Shown here: positions 63,916 through 64,000 of the stretch, piece by piece
Position numbering within the stretch: position 1 is the first letter of the stretch
Layout of the letters: every line of letters starts with the position of its first letter
Assembly: GCA_964493435.1 (NCBI GenBank)
Contig: CAZBMB010000004.1
Coordinates: 66,719-130,718 of the forward strand
Direction of reading: 5' to 3'
DNA: 64,000 nt
Source: an uncultured Dehalococcoidaceae bacterium
GTDB taxonomy: Bacteria > Chloroflexota > Dehalococcoidia > Dehalococcoidales > RBG-16-60-22
Notes under the pieces: model-generated
What the model was told of the DNA's origin: nothing
Database searches by the model: none
What the model saw: only the letters and a program-made list of their open reading frames with translations
Made by a program: the position numbers and the translations under genes

Positions 63916-64000
63916 ATGAAAATCACCAAGGTAACACCGATTTTCTGCGATGCGGCGTGGCGGGCCTTTATCTTCGTCAAAGTGGAGACTGACGAGGGGC
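63916..64000 (+). CDS. enolase-superfamily (mandelate racemase / galactonate dehydratase-like) protein, N-terminal fragment
   Basis: My translation is MKITKVTPIFCDAAWRAFIFVKVETDEG..., which runs off the window. GGAGG lies upstream. The MKIT...F.KVETDEG N-terminus is typical of that family. Confidence 0.5.
   Translation, partial: MKITKVTPIFCDAAWRAFIFVKVETDEG

Noticed and set aside
1-64000. Search by eye for tRNA, rRNA, tmRNA, transposase/integrase genes, terminal inverted repeats, phage genes, toxin-antitoxin pairs and known defence-system genes
   Set aside because: None was recognised. The intergenic regions are short, apart from the three AT-rich spacers described, and none of those shows cloverleaf-like or IS-end features. 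A proper tRNAscan-SE, Infernal, ISfinder or DefenseFinder run would be needed to be certain.

Overview
Dense chromosomal window with about 58 supportable protein-coding genes. Coding DNA looks moderately GC-rich by eye, with three clearly AT-rich intergenic islands at ~43.5-44.0 kb, ~48.6-48.9 kb and ~55.55-55.8 kb. Gene content suggests an anaerobic, non-model bacterium: a ferredoxin-dependent 2-oxoacid oxidoreductase, a desulforedoxin, a BcrAD/HgdC-type activase fusion and a radical SAM protein. The taxon cannot be assigned from sequence alone. I found no rRNA, tRNA, CRISPR array, transposase, integrase or phage gene, so this is core and accessory metabolism rather than a mobile island. Recognisable blocks, left to right: (1) a 2-oxoacid:ferredoxin oxidoreductase ABGD operon with a 2-hydroxyacid dehydrogenase and a glutaryl-CoA-dehydrogenase-like gene. 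(2) A formyltransferase / RAM-domain / URO-D-like / SDR cluster. (3) GGT, RraA-like, C_GCAxxG_C_C, radical SAM and EamA genes. (4) A cyclophilin-like gene with a second 2-hydroxyacid dehydrogenase and two MFS transporters. (5) A biotin-less carboxyltransferase and a C45 hydrolase. (6) A lipoprotein, a 1377-1385 aa tandem-activase/DUF2229 fusion and a P2-type cation ATPase. (7) glgC with a GalT-family gene. (8) A small desulforedoxin absent from the ORF track, followed by a GGCT-like gene. (9) arsC and pstSCAB-phoU. (10) An 893-aa GcvT-SHMT fusion translationally coupled to a class V aminotransferase. (11) aroK-like, plsY and GT2 genes. (12) A TRAP transporter whose binding protein has an (Ala-Pro)n linker, plus an aminotransferase. 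(13) A kinase-less cluster of three response regulators with a secreted hypothetical protein and a Zn-ribbon sORF. (14) ArsR with a 1032-aa FAD/Fe-S oxidase that ends in a very Met-rich tail. (15) A CHASE4 histidine kinase, an amidase, a third 2-hydroxyacid dehydrogenase, a membrane-fused spermidine-synthase-like protein, transaldolase and the start of an enolase-superfamily gene. The leads I rate highest are the GcvT-SHMT fusion operon, the Met-rich tail of the ArsR-linked oxidase, the GTAC-palindrome/terminator leader ahead of the orphan response-regulator cluster, and the giant activase fusion. None is proven novel here, and every functional call rests on motif recognition by eye without database searches.
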